From the NCBI GenBank assembly GCA_963749705.1, contig CAVVNQ010000015.1, positions 384,001 through 448,000 of the forward strand: a DNA stretch of 64,000 nt, given 5' to 3'. Positions 28,147 to 37,582 of the stretch are shown here, in pieces (within the stretch, counting starts at the first letter, position 1; the number at the start of each line of letters is the position of its first letter). A model generated the notes under the pieces. That model ran no database searches and was not told where the DNA came from. It worked only from the letters and a program-made list of their open reading frames with translations. This stretch comes from an uncultured Chloroflexia bacterium (GTDB lineage: Bacteria > Chloroflexota > Limnocylindria > Limnocylindrales > CSP1-4). A program made the translations under genes and the position numbers.

Positions 28147-28913
28147 CGCGCGACGAGCGCCGGGTGGCGCTCGATGCGATCGCCACCGAGGTCCGCGCCT
28201 GCACCCGCTGCCGTCTCCACGAGGGTCGCACGAAGGCGGTTCCGGGCGAAGGCGAGCCCGACACCGAGGTCGTGTTCGTCGGTGAAGGCCCGGGCTTCAA
28301 CGAGGATCGCGAGGGCCGCCCATTCGTGGGCCGCGCCGGCGGCCTGCTGGTCCGGCTGCTCGCGTCGATCGGCTGGCGGCGCGAGGACGTGTTCATCACC
28401 AACGTCGTGAAGTGCCGGCCACCCGACAACCGTGACCCGGAGCCGGACGAGATCGCCGCCTGCGCCCCGTTCCTGCGGCGACAGCTGGAGGTGCTCGATC
28501 CGGCCGTCGTGGTGACGTTGGGCCGGTTCTCGATGGCCACGTTCATGCCCGGCGCCCGGATCGGCCAGGTGCACGGCACCACGACGCCGGCCGATCCGGA
28601 GACGGGGGCCCGCGACGCGCTCGCGTTTGCGATGTACCATCCGGCGGCGGCGCTCCGATCGCCGGCCGTCGAGCGCGACAGCCTCGAGGACATCGCCCGG
28701 GTGCCCGGCGTCCTGCTCCGATCCCGCGACCTTCGATCGGCGCATACCGAACAGCCGGCGGTCGGTGCGCCCGTCGACGCCGCGCCAACCGACGCCGCGG
28801 CAACCGACGCCGCGGCGGCCACCGCGGCTGCCGCCACCGACCCGGCGGCACCGGCGAACGCCACCCTCGATGGCCGCACGGCCGACGATGCGGCCCAGCT
28901 CACCCTGTTCTGA
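28143..28913 (+). CDS. Family 4 uracil-DNA glycosylase ([4Fe-4S])
   Basis: CTRCRL, VGEGPG, PFVGRAG, NVVKCRPP, YHPAA; ends in QLTLF. Confidence 0.93.
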   Translation: MTRDERRVALDAIATEVRACTRCRLHEGRTKAVPGEGEPDTEVVFVGEGPGFNEDREGRPFVGRAGGLLVRLLASIGWRREDVFITNVVKCRPPDNRDPEPDEIAACAPFLRRQLEVLDPAVVVTLGRFSMATFMPGARIGQVHGTTTPADPETGARDALAFAMYHPAAALRSPAVERDSLEDIARVPGVLLRSRDLRSAHTEQPAVGAPVDAAPTDAAATDAAAATAAAATDPAAPANATLDGRTADDAAQLTLF

Positions 28914-28937
28914 CCAATCCGTACGGACGACAACCTG

Positions 28938-30605
28938 ATGGCTGATCCCAACACGCCGCTCCGAATCATCCCGCTCGGCGGGGTGGGCGAGATCGGCAAG
29001 AACTGCTACTGCTTCGAGTACGGCGATGACATCGTCGTGATCGACTGCGGCCTGATGTTCCCGGACGAGGAGATGTTCGGCATCGACCTCGTCGTGCCCG
29101 ACGTGACGTATCTCAAGGAGAACCGCGACAAGGTCCGCGCGTTCCTCATCACCCACGCCCACGAGGACCACGTCGGCGGCCTGCCGTACGTGCTGCCCGA
29201 GTTCCCGGGCGTGCCCGTCTACGCCAGCAAGCTGGCGCGTGGCCTGCTGGGCAACAAGATCAAGGAGCACCGGCTCCACAACAACCCGCTGCGCGAGCTC
29301 GAGCCCGGGGACGAGCTGGAGATCGGCCCGTTCACCGCGATCCCGTTCCGGGTCGGCCACTCGATCCCCGATGCCATGGGGATCGCGCTCCGGACGCCGG
29401 TCGGCATCGTGGTCCATACCGGCGACTTCAAGTTCGATCACACGCCGGTCGACGGCAGGCTGTCTGACTTCCACACCCTCGCCCGCCTGGGCCAGGAAGG
29501 CGTCGTGTGCCTGCTGTCCGACTCGACGCGCGCCGAGAACCCGGGCTACACGCCGTCCGAGCGCACGGTGGGCGAAGCGTTCCGCGAGATCATGGAGCCG
29601 CTCGAGGGCCGGGTCATCGTGGCCACCTTCGCGAGCAACATCGCGCGCATCCAGCAGGTCCTCGATGCCGCGGCCGAGATGCACCGCAAGACGACGGTCA
29701 TCGGCCGGTCGATGGAGCAGAACTTCCGGATCGCGACGGACCTGGGCTACCTCAAGTACGAGCCATCCGCGATCGTCGCCAAGGACAAGATCAAGGACGT
29801 GCCCGCCGACAAGCTGGTGATCGCCACCACCGGCGCCCAGGGCGAGCCGATGGCCGGTCTGGCGCGGATGGCCAACCGGGACCATCGGTTCGTGGAGATC
29901 CAGCCGGGCGACACCGTGATCGTGTCGGCGAGCCCGATCCCCGGCAACGAGGAGTACGTCGCGCGGACGATCGACAACCTGTTCAAGGCCGGCGCCAACG
30001 TCTTCTACCACACCATCAAACGCGCCCACGTGTCAGGTCACGCGAGCCAGGAGGAGCTCAAGCTGATGCTCGGGCTCACCAAGCCGCAGTACTTCATCCC
30101 GATGCACGGCGAGTTCCGGATGCAGGTGCAGCACGGCCGGCTGGCGACGGAGACCGGCGTCCCGGCCGAGAACGTGTTCATCATCGAGAACGGGATGCCG
30201 ATCGAGATCTTCGCCGACGGCAGCGCCCGGCGCGGACAGCCGGTGGCCGCGGGGTACGTGTTCGTGGACGGGCTGTCCGTGGGCGAGGTCGGTGACGTCG
30301 TGCTGCGCGACCGGCGCGCGCTTGCGAACGACGGCATGTTCATGATCGTGGTCCAGGTCGACAAGCAGGCGGGCCGGATCGTCGGGCGGCCCGAGATCAT
30401 CACCCGCGGGTTCGTCCACGGCGCCGAGGAAGACCGGATCATCGAGGAGGCGATCCGGCGCATGCACGAGGCGGTCGACCAGCCCGGCGACCGGATCAGC
30501 GAGATCGCGATGATCAAGACGCAGATCAAGGACAGCCTGTCGCGCTTCCTGTACGAGCAGACCAAGCGGCGCCCGATGGTGTTCCCGGTCGTGGTCGAGG
30601 TCTGA
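28938..30605 (+). CDS. rnj: Ribonuclease J
   Basis: PLGGVGEIGKN, THAHEDHVGG, HSIPD, HTGDFKFD, HVSGH, PMHGE. Confidence 0.97.
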   Translation: MADPNTPLRIIPLGGVGEIGKNCYCFEYGDDIVVIDCGLMFPDEEMFGIDLVVPDVTYLKENRDKVRAFLITHAHEDHVGGLPYVLPEFPGVPVYASKLARGLLGNKIKEHRLHNNPLRELEPGDELEIGPFTAIPFRVGHSIPDAMGIALRTPVGIVVHTGDFKFDHTPVDGRLSDFHTLARLGQEGVVCLLSDSTRAENPGYTPSERTVGEAFREIMEPLEGRVIVATFASNIARIQQVLDAAAEMHRKTTVIGRSMEQNFRIATDLGYLKYEPSAIVAKDKIKDVPADKLVIATTGAQGEPMAGLARMANRDHRFVEIQPGDTVIVSASPIPGNEEYVARTIDNLFKAGANVFYHTIKRAHVSGHASQEELKLMLGLTKPQYFIPMHGEFRMQVQHGRLATETGVPAENVFIIENGMPIEIFADGSARRGQPVAAGYVFVDGLSVGEVGDVVLRDRRALANDGMFMIVVQVDKQAGRIVGRPEIITRGFVHGAEEDRIIEEAIRRMHEAVDQPGDRISEIAMIKTQIKDSLSRFLYEQTKRRPMVFPVVVEV

Positions 30606-30607
30606 GG

Positions 30608-33028
30608 GTGACCCAGCGCAGGCGCACGAGCACGCGAACCCCGAGCACCCGCCGGTCACGCTCCGGCGCGCACCGTCGCGGCGGGGCCCTGCCGCTGCCC
30701 AGGATCTCGCTGGGACTGTCGCCCGCGGTCGCCCGCTCGCTGATCGGCATCGTGCTGCTGGTCATCGGCGCGGTCACCCTGATCGCGCTGGCGCTGCCCG
30801 GCCAGGGCGCGCTGACGGACTGGTGGCGCAATCTCGCGGTCCCGTTCTTCGGGTCGGGGCGCTGGCTGCTGCCGTTCGTGCTCCTGCTGGCCGGCTGGTA
30901 CCTCGAATGGGGCCCCGGCCACGATCCTGGCGCCGCCTGGGGCCGGACGCTGCTCGGGATCGGCCTGGCCTACGCAGGCGTGCTGGGGATCTTCCAGATG
31001 ATCGCGTTCTCCGGGGAGTTCACGGGCGGCCGGATCGGACGGTTCCTGGCCGGCCTGCTGGACCCGGCGCTGACGACGCCCGGCGCGTTCGTCATCCTGC
31101 TCGGCGCCACGCTCGCGGGGCTGCTGATCGCGTTCGACCTGCCGCTGCGGACCCTGCTGGCACCGGTGGTCGGCGCCGGCCGAACGGCAGCGGCGTCCCT
31201 CCAGGACCGCGCCCCGCGTGCCTCGGCACAGAAGCCGGACCGGCGTGCTGCTGACGCACGGGCGGGCGGGGATGCCCGGGGAGCGGGCGTGGCGGCATCT
31301 GCGGCTGCCACCGGCACCGAGGGTGGTCGCCGGGGCCGCGCCGGTCGGATCCCGGCGGTCGATGCGCCGGGCCAGACCGGCATGTGGGGCTCGGAGGCGC
31401 CGTCGTCGACCAACGGCGAGGGCTCCGTGTCACCGGTGTCGGCGACGTTCGCGCCCGCGCGTCCGAACGGGTCGGCAGCCGCGGTCGCGCGGAGCGGCGA
31501 GCTTCGGGCGACCCGCGAGGCCCGGCCGGTCGAACGCGATCCGGAGGACGTCACCGACGCCTCGGACTCGCCGCCCAAGCAGGACATCGAGTGGCGCCTG
31601 CCGCGCTACGACCTGCTGGACCCCGGCGAGGCGCTCGCCCCGACCGCGAACCAGGATGCGATCCATGCCTGGAACGAGGACCGGATCATCGAGAAGCTCG
31701 CGAGCTTCGACATCGAGGCGCGGATCATCGGCCGCAACGCCGGTCCCGTGGTGACCCAGTACGAGGTCCAGCCCGCGCCGCACATCAAGCTCAGCCGGAT
31801 CGAGGCGCTGTCGGACGACCTGTCGATGGCGCTCGCCGCGCGCAGCATCCGGATCGAGGCGCCGATCCCGGGCAAGGCGGCCGTGGGGATCGAGATCCCC
31901 AACCGCGAGTTCAACGTCGTCGCGCTCCGCCGGATCCTGGACGAGGTGGACTTCCCGGCATCCGGATCGCGGCTGACGTTCGCGCTCGGCCGCGACGTCG
32001 CCGGGCGGGCCCAGGCCGTGGACCTGTCGAAGATGCCCCACCTGCTGATCGCGGGCGCCACCGGCTCGGGCAAGAGCGTGATGGTCAACGCGCTGATCAC
32101 CAGCCTGCTGTGCAACGCGACCCCGGACGACACCCGGATGATCCTGATGGACCTCAAGCGGGTCGAGCTGGCAGGCTACAACGGCCTGCCGCACCTGCTG
32201 GTGCCGGTGATCACGGAGCCCGAGCGCGCCAAGGCCGCGCTCAAGTGGGCGGTGGGCGAGATGGAGAACCGGTATCGCCGGTTCGCCGGCGCCACGGCGC
32301 GCAACATCAAGGCGTTCAACGAGACGAGGGTGGATCCGGCCGACCGCCTGCCGTACATCGTGATCGTGGTCGACGAGCTCGCCGACCTGATGATGCGCGA
32401 GGGCAAGAACGTCGAGGATCCGATCGTCCGGCTCGCCCAGAAGGCCCGGGCAACCGGGATCCACATGGTGCTCGCGACACAGCGCCCGTCGGTCAACGTC
32501 GTCACCGGCCTGATCAAGGCCAACTTCCCCAGCCGGATCGCGTTCGCGATGGCGTCCCAGATCGACAGCCGCACGATCCTCGATTCACCGGGCGCCGAGG
32601 ACCTCATCGGCCGGGGCGACATGCTCTACCAGCCAAGCGACCTGCCACGCCCGATGCGCCTGCAGGGGGTGTTCGTGTCCGACGCCGAGATCGGCAAGGT
32701 GACCCAGCACTGGCGTGACCAGATCGGCGATCCGCACTATGACCTCTCGATCGTGGACTCCGGTGACGAGTCCCAGGGCAGCGTGGAGGACACGCCGGAC
32801 GAGGATGCCGACCGGCTGCTGCAGGATGCCGTATCGGTCGTTCGGGAGTACGATCGGGCCTCGGCATCGCTGCTCCAGCGACGCCTGCGCATCGGCTACG
32901 CGCGGGCGGCAAGGATCATCGATCAGCTTGAAGCGCGAGGGTACGTCGGGGCATTCGACGGCTCGAATGCCCGGGTCGTCCTCCGCCGGGATGATGGTCC
33001 GGGCGACATGGACGAGGGCAACGGATGA
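30608..33028 (+). CDS. ftsK: DNA translocase FtsK/SpoIIIE
   Basis: N-terminal 4-TM region, PHLLIAGATGSGKS, VDELADLM, ATQRPS, gamma domain SASLLQRRLRIGYARA. Confidence 0.97.
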   Translation: MTQRRRTSTRTPSTRRSRSGAHRRGGALPLPRISLGLSPAVARSLIGIVLLVIGAVTLIALALPGQGALTDWWRNLAVPFFGSGRWLLPFVLLLAGWYLEWGPGHDPGAAWGRTLLGIGLAYAGVLGIFQMIAFSGEFTGGRIGRFLAGLLDPALTTPGAFVILLGATLAGLLIAFDLPLRTLLAPVVGAGRTAAASLQDRAPRASAQKPDRRAADARAGGDARGAGVAASAAATGTEGGRRGRAGRIPAVDAPGQTGMWGSEAPSSTNGEGSVSPVSATFAPARPNGSAAAVARSGELRATREARPVERDPEDVTDASDSPPKQDIEWRLPRYDLLDPGEALAPTANQDAIHAWNEDRIIEKLASFDIEARIIGRNAGPVVTQYEVQPAPHIKLSRIEALSDDLSMALAARSIRIEAPIPGKAAVGIEIPNREFNVVALRRILDEVDFPASGSRLTFALGRDVAGRAQAVDLSKMPHLLIAGATGSGKSVMVNALITSLLCNATPDDTRMILMDLKRVELAGYNGLPHLLVPVITEPERAKAALKWAVGEMENRYRRFAGATARNIKAFNETRVDPADRLPYIVIVVDELADLMMREGKNVEDPIVRLAQKARATGIHMVLATQRPSVNVVTGLIKANFPSRIAFAMASQIDSRTILDSPGAEDLIGRGDMLYQPSDLPRPMRLQGVFVSDAEIGKVTQHWRDQIGDPHYDLSIVDSGDESQGSVEDTPDEDADRLLQDAVSVVREYDRASASLLQRRLRIGYARAARIIDQLEARGYVGAFDGSNARVVLRRDDGPGDMDEGNG

Positions 33029-34401
33029 CGGCGCGAGACGAGCTGCGGAGGGCGCGCGGGGAGACCCGTGATTCGGACCGCGCCTACGCGACCGAGGCCG
33101 GTCCGGATCTCCCGGAGCGGCTGACCGCCGCGCGCGAGCACAAGGGCGTCGACCTGTACCGCGCCGAGCGCGACACCAAGATCCGCGTCCACTACCTGGC
33201 CGCGCTCGAGCGGGGCGAGTACCGCGAGCTGCCGGGAGCCGTGTACACCAAGGGCTTCCTGCGCAACTACGCGCTGTACCTCGGGCTCGATCCGGACGAC
33301 GTCATCCGGCAGTGGAAGCGCGAGCGGGGAGGCGCCGCGATCCCGGCCGAGCCGGTGCTGGCCGTTCCAAAGCCATTGACGGCACCGCGGGCGGGACTGG
33401 TGTTCTCGCCGGTCGTCATCGTCGCCGCGCTCCTGACCGTGCTCATCGCCGTGTTCGCGGTGTACATCGGGATCCAGCTCGTGCGGTTCGCCAAGCCGCC
33501 CACGCTCGCGGTCACGAGCCCGGCGCAGGCGGTGATCGACGTCGCCGAGGATGCGACGTCCTACACCCTGCGCGGCACGTCGATCCCGGGCGCGACGATC
33601 ACGATCGACGCCGCGGGGCGGGACCAGCCGTACCGGGTCTCGGCCGATGCCAGCGGGCGCTGGACCGCCGACGTCGAGCTCCGCCGCGGCCGGAACCAGT
33701 TCGACATCAGCGCGCTCGATCCCGAGACCGGCAAGGAGGCAGAGACGCCGGCACGCGTGTTCATCACGGTGCCGTTCCTGGTCATCGAGGCGCCAACGCT
33801 GACCGTCGATTCGCCCGCCGAGGGAGCCCAGTTCGAGAACGGGGCGATCCCCGTCAAGGGCATGACGACCAACGCGGTGACGGTCACGGTCTCGGCGAAC
33901 CTGGTCGCGGACGCGACCGGCACGCCCACGGCCACCCCGGACCCATCCGCATCACCCGGTCCGCCGGCGGTCGGTCCGGTGACCGTCGATGTCGGCACGG
34001 ACGGGTCGTTCGACACCCCCCTCGACCTGTCGGCCGGCCAGTGGCAGATCGTGATGACCGCCACGTCCGCGGGTGGCAAGGCGGTCACCCTGACCCGCAA
34101 CGTGTCGATCAAGTACCAGGGCGTCAACCTCGTGATCACGATCCAGTCGTCGCGTGCCTGGCTCAAGGTCTGGGTGGACGGCAAGGTGTCCAGCGTCACC
34201 GGGCAGGCGGGCACGATCTACCAGCCCGGCAAGGTCCTGACATTCACGGCCAAGGAGTCGATCGAGGTCCGGACGGGCAAGTCGAGCTCGACCTACTTCA
34301 CGCTCAACGGCAAGGACCTGGGCCGGATGTCGACCAAGGGCAACCCGGAGACGTGGCTGTTCGCCCCGCCGGCCGACCCGGTCAAGACCAACCGCACCTG
34401 A
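33025..34401 (+). CDS. rodZ: RodZ-like HTH membrane protein with Ig-like repeats and a C-terminal DUF4115-like domain
   Basis: [28 protein letters not shown]; TM; beta-rich repeats; WLKVWVDGK; downstream of ftsK. Confidence 0.75.
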   Translation: MTARDELRRARGETRDSDRAYATEAGPDLPERLTAAREHKGVDLYRAERDTKIRVHYLAALERGEYRELPGAVYTKGFLRNYALYLGLDPDDVIRQWKRERGGAAIPAEPVLAVPKPLTAPRAGLVFSPVVIVAALLTVLIAVFAVYIGIQLVRFAKPPTLAVTSPAQAVIDVAEDATSYTLRGTSIPGATITIDAAGRDQPYRVSADASGRWTADVELRRGRNQFDISALDPETGKEAETPARVFITVPFLVIEAPTLTVDSPAEGAQFENGAIPVKGMTTNAVTVTVSANLVADATGTPTATPDPSASPGPPAVGPVTVDVGTDGSFDTPLDLSAGQWQIVMTATSAGGKAVTLTRNVSIKYQGVNLVITIQSSRAWLKVWVDGKVSSVTGQAGTIYQPGKVLTFTAKESIEVRTGKSSSTYFTLNGKDLGRMSTKGNPETWLFAPPADPVKTNRT

Positions 34402-34403
34402 TC

Positions 34404-34913
34404 GTGCCCGGCGACGAGCTCGTCGATCTGGCGCGCCGCCTGCAGGTCGCCTGCGTGGCCCGCGGCATGAGCGTCGCGACGGCCGAATCGTGCACCGGCG
34501 GGCTGGTCGCGCACGTGCTCACGGAGGTGCCGGGCTCGTCCGCGTACGTTCGCGGCGGGGTCGTCGCCTACGCGGACGACGTCAAGCGCGATGTGCTGGG
34601 CGTGCCCGGTGCCATCCTCGCCGCCCATGGAGCGGTATCGGCGCAGGTGGCCGTGGCCATGGCCGAGGGAGTCTGCCGCCATCTCGGGACCGACCTCGGG
34701 GTCGGGGTGACCGGGGTCGCCGGACCCGGCGGGGGTACGGACGCCAAGCCGGTGGGGCTCGTGTACATCGCGGTGGCCGGCCACGGCCCGACGACGGTGC
34801 GGCGGTTCCAGTGGGATGGGGACCGGTCCGCCAACAAGCGCGACAGCGCGCGCTCGGCCCTCGAGCTGCTGGTCGAGCAGGTGGAGCTCGTCGCGCCGGA
34901 TGGCGGCCGGTGA
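34404..34913 (+). CDS. CinA C-terminal / NMN deamidase (PncC-like)
   Basis: [36 protein letters not shown]. Confidence 0.92.
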   Translation: MPGDELVDLARRLQVACVARGMSVATAESCTGGLVAHVLTEVPGSSAYVRGGVVAYADDVKRDVLGVPGAILAAHGAVSAQVAVAMAEGVCRHLGTDLGVGVTGVAGPGGGTDAKPVGLVYIAVAGHGPTTVRRFQWDGDRSANKRDSARSALELLVEQVELVAPDGGR

Positions 34914-36493
34914 GCGTGCGCGGCGCCGCGGAGATCGGCGCCGGCCTCGAGCCGGCCCGCGAGGCGCGGCCGATCCGCGACGGGGAGCGACTCCACGTCG
35001 TCGGTGTTGCCGGGGCCGGGGCGTCCGCGGCGGCACTGCTCGCGCACTGGTCCGGTGCCGTGGTCGATGGGTGCGATCCCGCCGGCGCCGGGCCATACAC
35101 GCCACCGCTCGCCGCCGCCGGCATCCCGATCGCGGCGGCCCATGATCCGGCGCACGTGCGAACGACGCCGCCGCCCGCGCGGCTCGCGGTCACCAAGGCA
35201 TTGACGGCGATCGACCCGTACCACCCGGAGCTCGCGGCGGCCCGCGATGCCGGGATCCCGCTCGAGTCCTGGCAGCAGGTCGTCGCCGATTCCGCGTTCG
35301 ACCGCACCCTGGCCGCGGTCGCCGGGACGCACGGCAAGAGCACCTCGGCAGGCTGGCTCGTCCACGTGCTCGCCGCTGGTGGTCTCGATCCGGGAGCGTT
35401 CGTCGGGGCGCTGCTGCCGGGATCCCTGACCACGATCGGGCTGGCGGCGACCGCGCGCCGTGGCCAGGGGACGGCGTTCGTGGTCGAGGCGGACGAGTAC
35501 GCCGGCAACTTCGACGCGTACCGGCCGGACGTGATCGTGCTGACATCGGCGGAATGGGACCACCCCGACGTGTTCACCGATCGATCCGCGGTGATCGACG
35601 CGTTCGAGGCCTGGATCCGCCAGGCCGGGGAGTCGGGGCGTGCCCGAGGGCGGACGCCGGTGCTGGTGGCGAACGTGGCCGACACCGGGGTCGCCGAGCT
35701 CGCGACGCGGCTGGCCGACTGGCCGGGCCGGATCGTCGCCACGGCGGTCGCCGACGTGGCGCCGCAGCGGGTCGGGGGCTTCGCGCGGGGGATCGCTGAC
35801 CGGTTCGGCACACCGGCCGGCCCGGCCCATGCGCTGCTGGGACGGATCACGGCGGCGCTCCCGGAGGCGACGCTGATCGACATCGCGGGGCTTGATCCCC
35901 TGGCCGGGCCGTTGCCCGTCCGGATCGCGACGGCGGGACGCCACAATGTCGCCAACGCGCTCGGCGTGGCCGGTGCTGCCACCGCGCTCGGGCTCGCGCC
36001 CTCCGCCATCGTCGATGGCCTGGCCTCGTTCGAGGGTGTCGGCCGCCGGCTGGAGCGCAAGGGGGAGGCTCGCGGCGTCGTGGTGTACGACGACTACGGG
36101 CACCACCCGACCGCGATCCGGGAGACGCTCGCGGCCGTTCGCCAGCGGGAGCCGGGACGCCGGGTATGGGCGGTCTACGAGCCGCTCACCTACCACCGGA
36201 CCGCGGCCCTCCTGGACCAGTTCGCCGAGGTGCTTGCCGGCGCCGACGCCGTCGCGATCGCCGACATCTGGGCGGGCCGGGACCCGGACACGACGGTCGC
36301 GTCCGCCGCGGAGCTGACCCGAGCGGTCGCGATGCGGGCACCAGGCATCCCGTGCGCCGCACCCGGGTCGGTGGAATCGACGGCGACCTGGCTGGCCGGC
36401 GAGGTTCGCCCGGGCGATGCGGTCCTGGTCATGGGCGGCGGACGCTCGTACCGGATCGGCGAGCTCCTGCTCGAGCACCTGGCCGGCGCATGA
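34910..36493 (+). CDS. murC: UDP-N-acetylmuramate--L-alanine ligase (MurC/Mpl family)
   Basis: [46 protein letters not shown]. Confidence 0.8.
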   Translation: MSVRGAAEIGAGLEPAREARPIRDGERLHVVGVAGAGASAAALLAHWSGAVVDGCDPAGAGPYTPPLAAAGIPIAAAHDPAHVRTTPPPARLAVTKALTAIDPYHPELAAARDAGIPLESWQQVVADSAFDRTLAAVAGTHGKSTSAGWLVHVLAAGGLDPGAFVGALLPGSLTTIGLAATARRGQGTAFVVEADEYAGNFDAYRPDVIVLTSAEWDHPDVFTDRSAVIDAFEAWIRQAGESGRARGRTPVLVANVADTGVAELATRLADWPGRIVATAVADVAPQRVGGFARGIADRFGTPAGPAHALLGRITAALPEATLIDIAGLDPLAGPLPVRIATAGRHNVANALGVAGAATALGLAPSAIVDGLASFEGVGRRLERKGEARGVVVYDDYGHHPTAIRETLAAVRQREPGRRVWAVYEPLTYHRTAALLDQFAEVLAGADAVAIADIWAGRDPDTTVASAAELTRAVAMRAPGIPCAAPGSVESTATWLAGEVRPGDAVLVMGGGRSYRIGELLLEHLAGA

Positions 36494-36876
36494 CGATCGA
36501 CTACGCGCACGGCCATGACATCCTCGAGGCGCTCGTCCGTGCGCGGATGGCGTACGACGGGGACGCCTACACCGACCTGTTCGACGAGCGTGGGGAGCTC
36601 GTGCTCGACCCGTTCGACGCGCCGCTCGCCGGACACAACGCGCTGCGGGCATACTTGCTCCAGGCGGCCGAGGACGAGCGGTACTACGACCAGGCGATCG
36701 AGCGCCACTGGGTCGTCCGCGACATGATCCTCGCCGCGTGGCACGCCAGCTGGACCCGTCGCGCCGACGAGGCGAAGGTCCGGCAGGCCGGTTTCCTCTC
36801 CGCCGAGGTTGGGGAGGACGGACGCATCACGCGTCTGCGACTGTGGACCGTCGCCCGCGAGCACCTCGCGGGCTGA
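36490..36876 (+). CDS. SnoaL/NTF2-like protein
   Basis: 128 aa; D..AYTDLF...DPF....GHNALRAY and DGRITRLRLW pattern. Confidence 0.7.
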   Translation: MTIDYAHGHDILEALVRARMAYDGDAYTDLFDERGELVLDPFDAPLAGHNALRAYLLQAAEDERYYDQAIERHWVVRDMILAAWHASWTRRADEAKVRQAGFLSAEVGEDGRITRLRLWTVAREHLAG

Positions 36877-36892
36877 GCAGGAAGGAGGAGGG

Positions 36893-37384
36893 ATGGCGGG
36901 CGAGATCTCGTTCGACGTCGTCTCGGACTTCGATCAGCAGGAGCTTCGCAACGCGCTCGACCAGGTCCGGCGCGAGGTGATCCAGCGCTACGACTTCAAG
37001 GGCGCCAAGGTCGACATCGCACAGGAGAAGGACCAGCTGCTGCTGGTCACCGACAGCGAGATGCGTGCTCGCGCCGTCCGAGACCTCATCGAGTCGAAGG
37101 CGGTGCGGCGAAGCCTGTCGCTCAAGATCTTCGACTGGGGTGAGGTCGAGCCTGCGGGCGGCAACCTGGTGCGCCAGCGGATCGGGCTCCGGCGCGGGCT
37201 GCCGGACGACCTGGCCCGGAAGCTGGTCAAGCTGATCCGCGACGACTTCCCGAAGGTGCAGCCCCGGATCCAGGGCGACGCCATCCGGGTCGCCGCGAAG
37301 AGCAAGGACGAGCTCCAGCGAGTGATCGTCCGGTTGCGCGAGCTGGACGAGGCCGTCCCGCTCCAGTTCGAGAACTACCGCTAG
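36893..37384 (+). CDS. yajQ: YajQ family nucleotide/c-di-GMP-binding protein
   Basis: SFDVVS, NALDQ, RYDFKG, IQGDAIRV, KDELQ, LQFENYR. Confidence 0.95.
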   Translation: MAGEISFDVVSDFDQQELRNALDQVRREVIQRYDFKGAKVDIAQEKDQLLLVTDSEMRARAVRDLIESKAVRRSLSLKIFDWGEVEPAGGNLVRQRIGLRRGLPDDLARKLVKLIRDDFPKVQPRIQGDAIRVAAKSKDELQRVIVRLRELDEAVPLQFENYR

Positions 37385-37395
37385 GGAGGTATGCC

Positions 37396-37506
37396 GTGCC
37401 CGGAGCCCGTGCGGCCCGGATCGTCATGATCATCGTCGCCATCATGGTGGTGGCCGGGCTCCTCGCGGCGATGCTCGCCGCACCGAGCGTCGTCGCCCCG
37501 AGCTGA
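37396..37506 (+). CDS. 36-aa single-TM small protein (not in the ORF track)
   Basis: GGAGGT SD 5 nt before GTG; MPGARAARIVMIIVAIMVVAGLLAAMLAAPSVVAPS; GC3-rich codons. Confidence 0.65.
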   Translation: MPGARAARIVMIIVAIMVVAGLLAAMLAAPSVVAPS

Positions 37507-37582
37507 TCCAGCGCGCCGCATCCAGTTCGCATGCCCCGGCTTCGGGCGGACCGCCGTCCCCGCCGGTCACCAGGAGGTCGCG

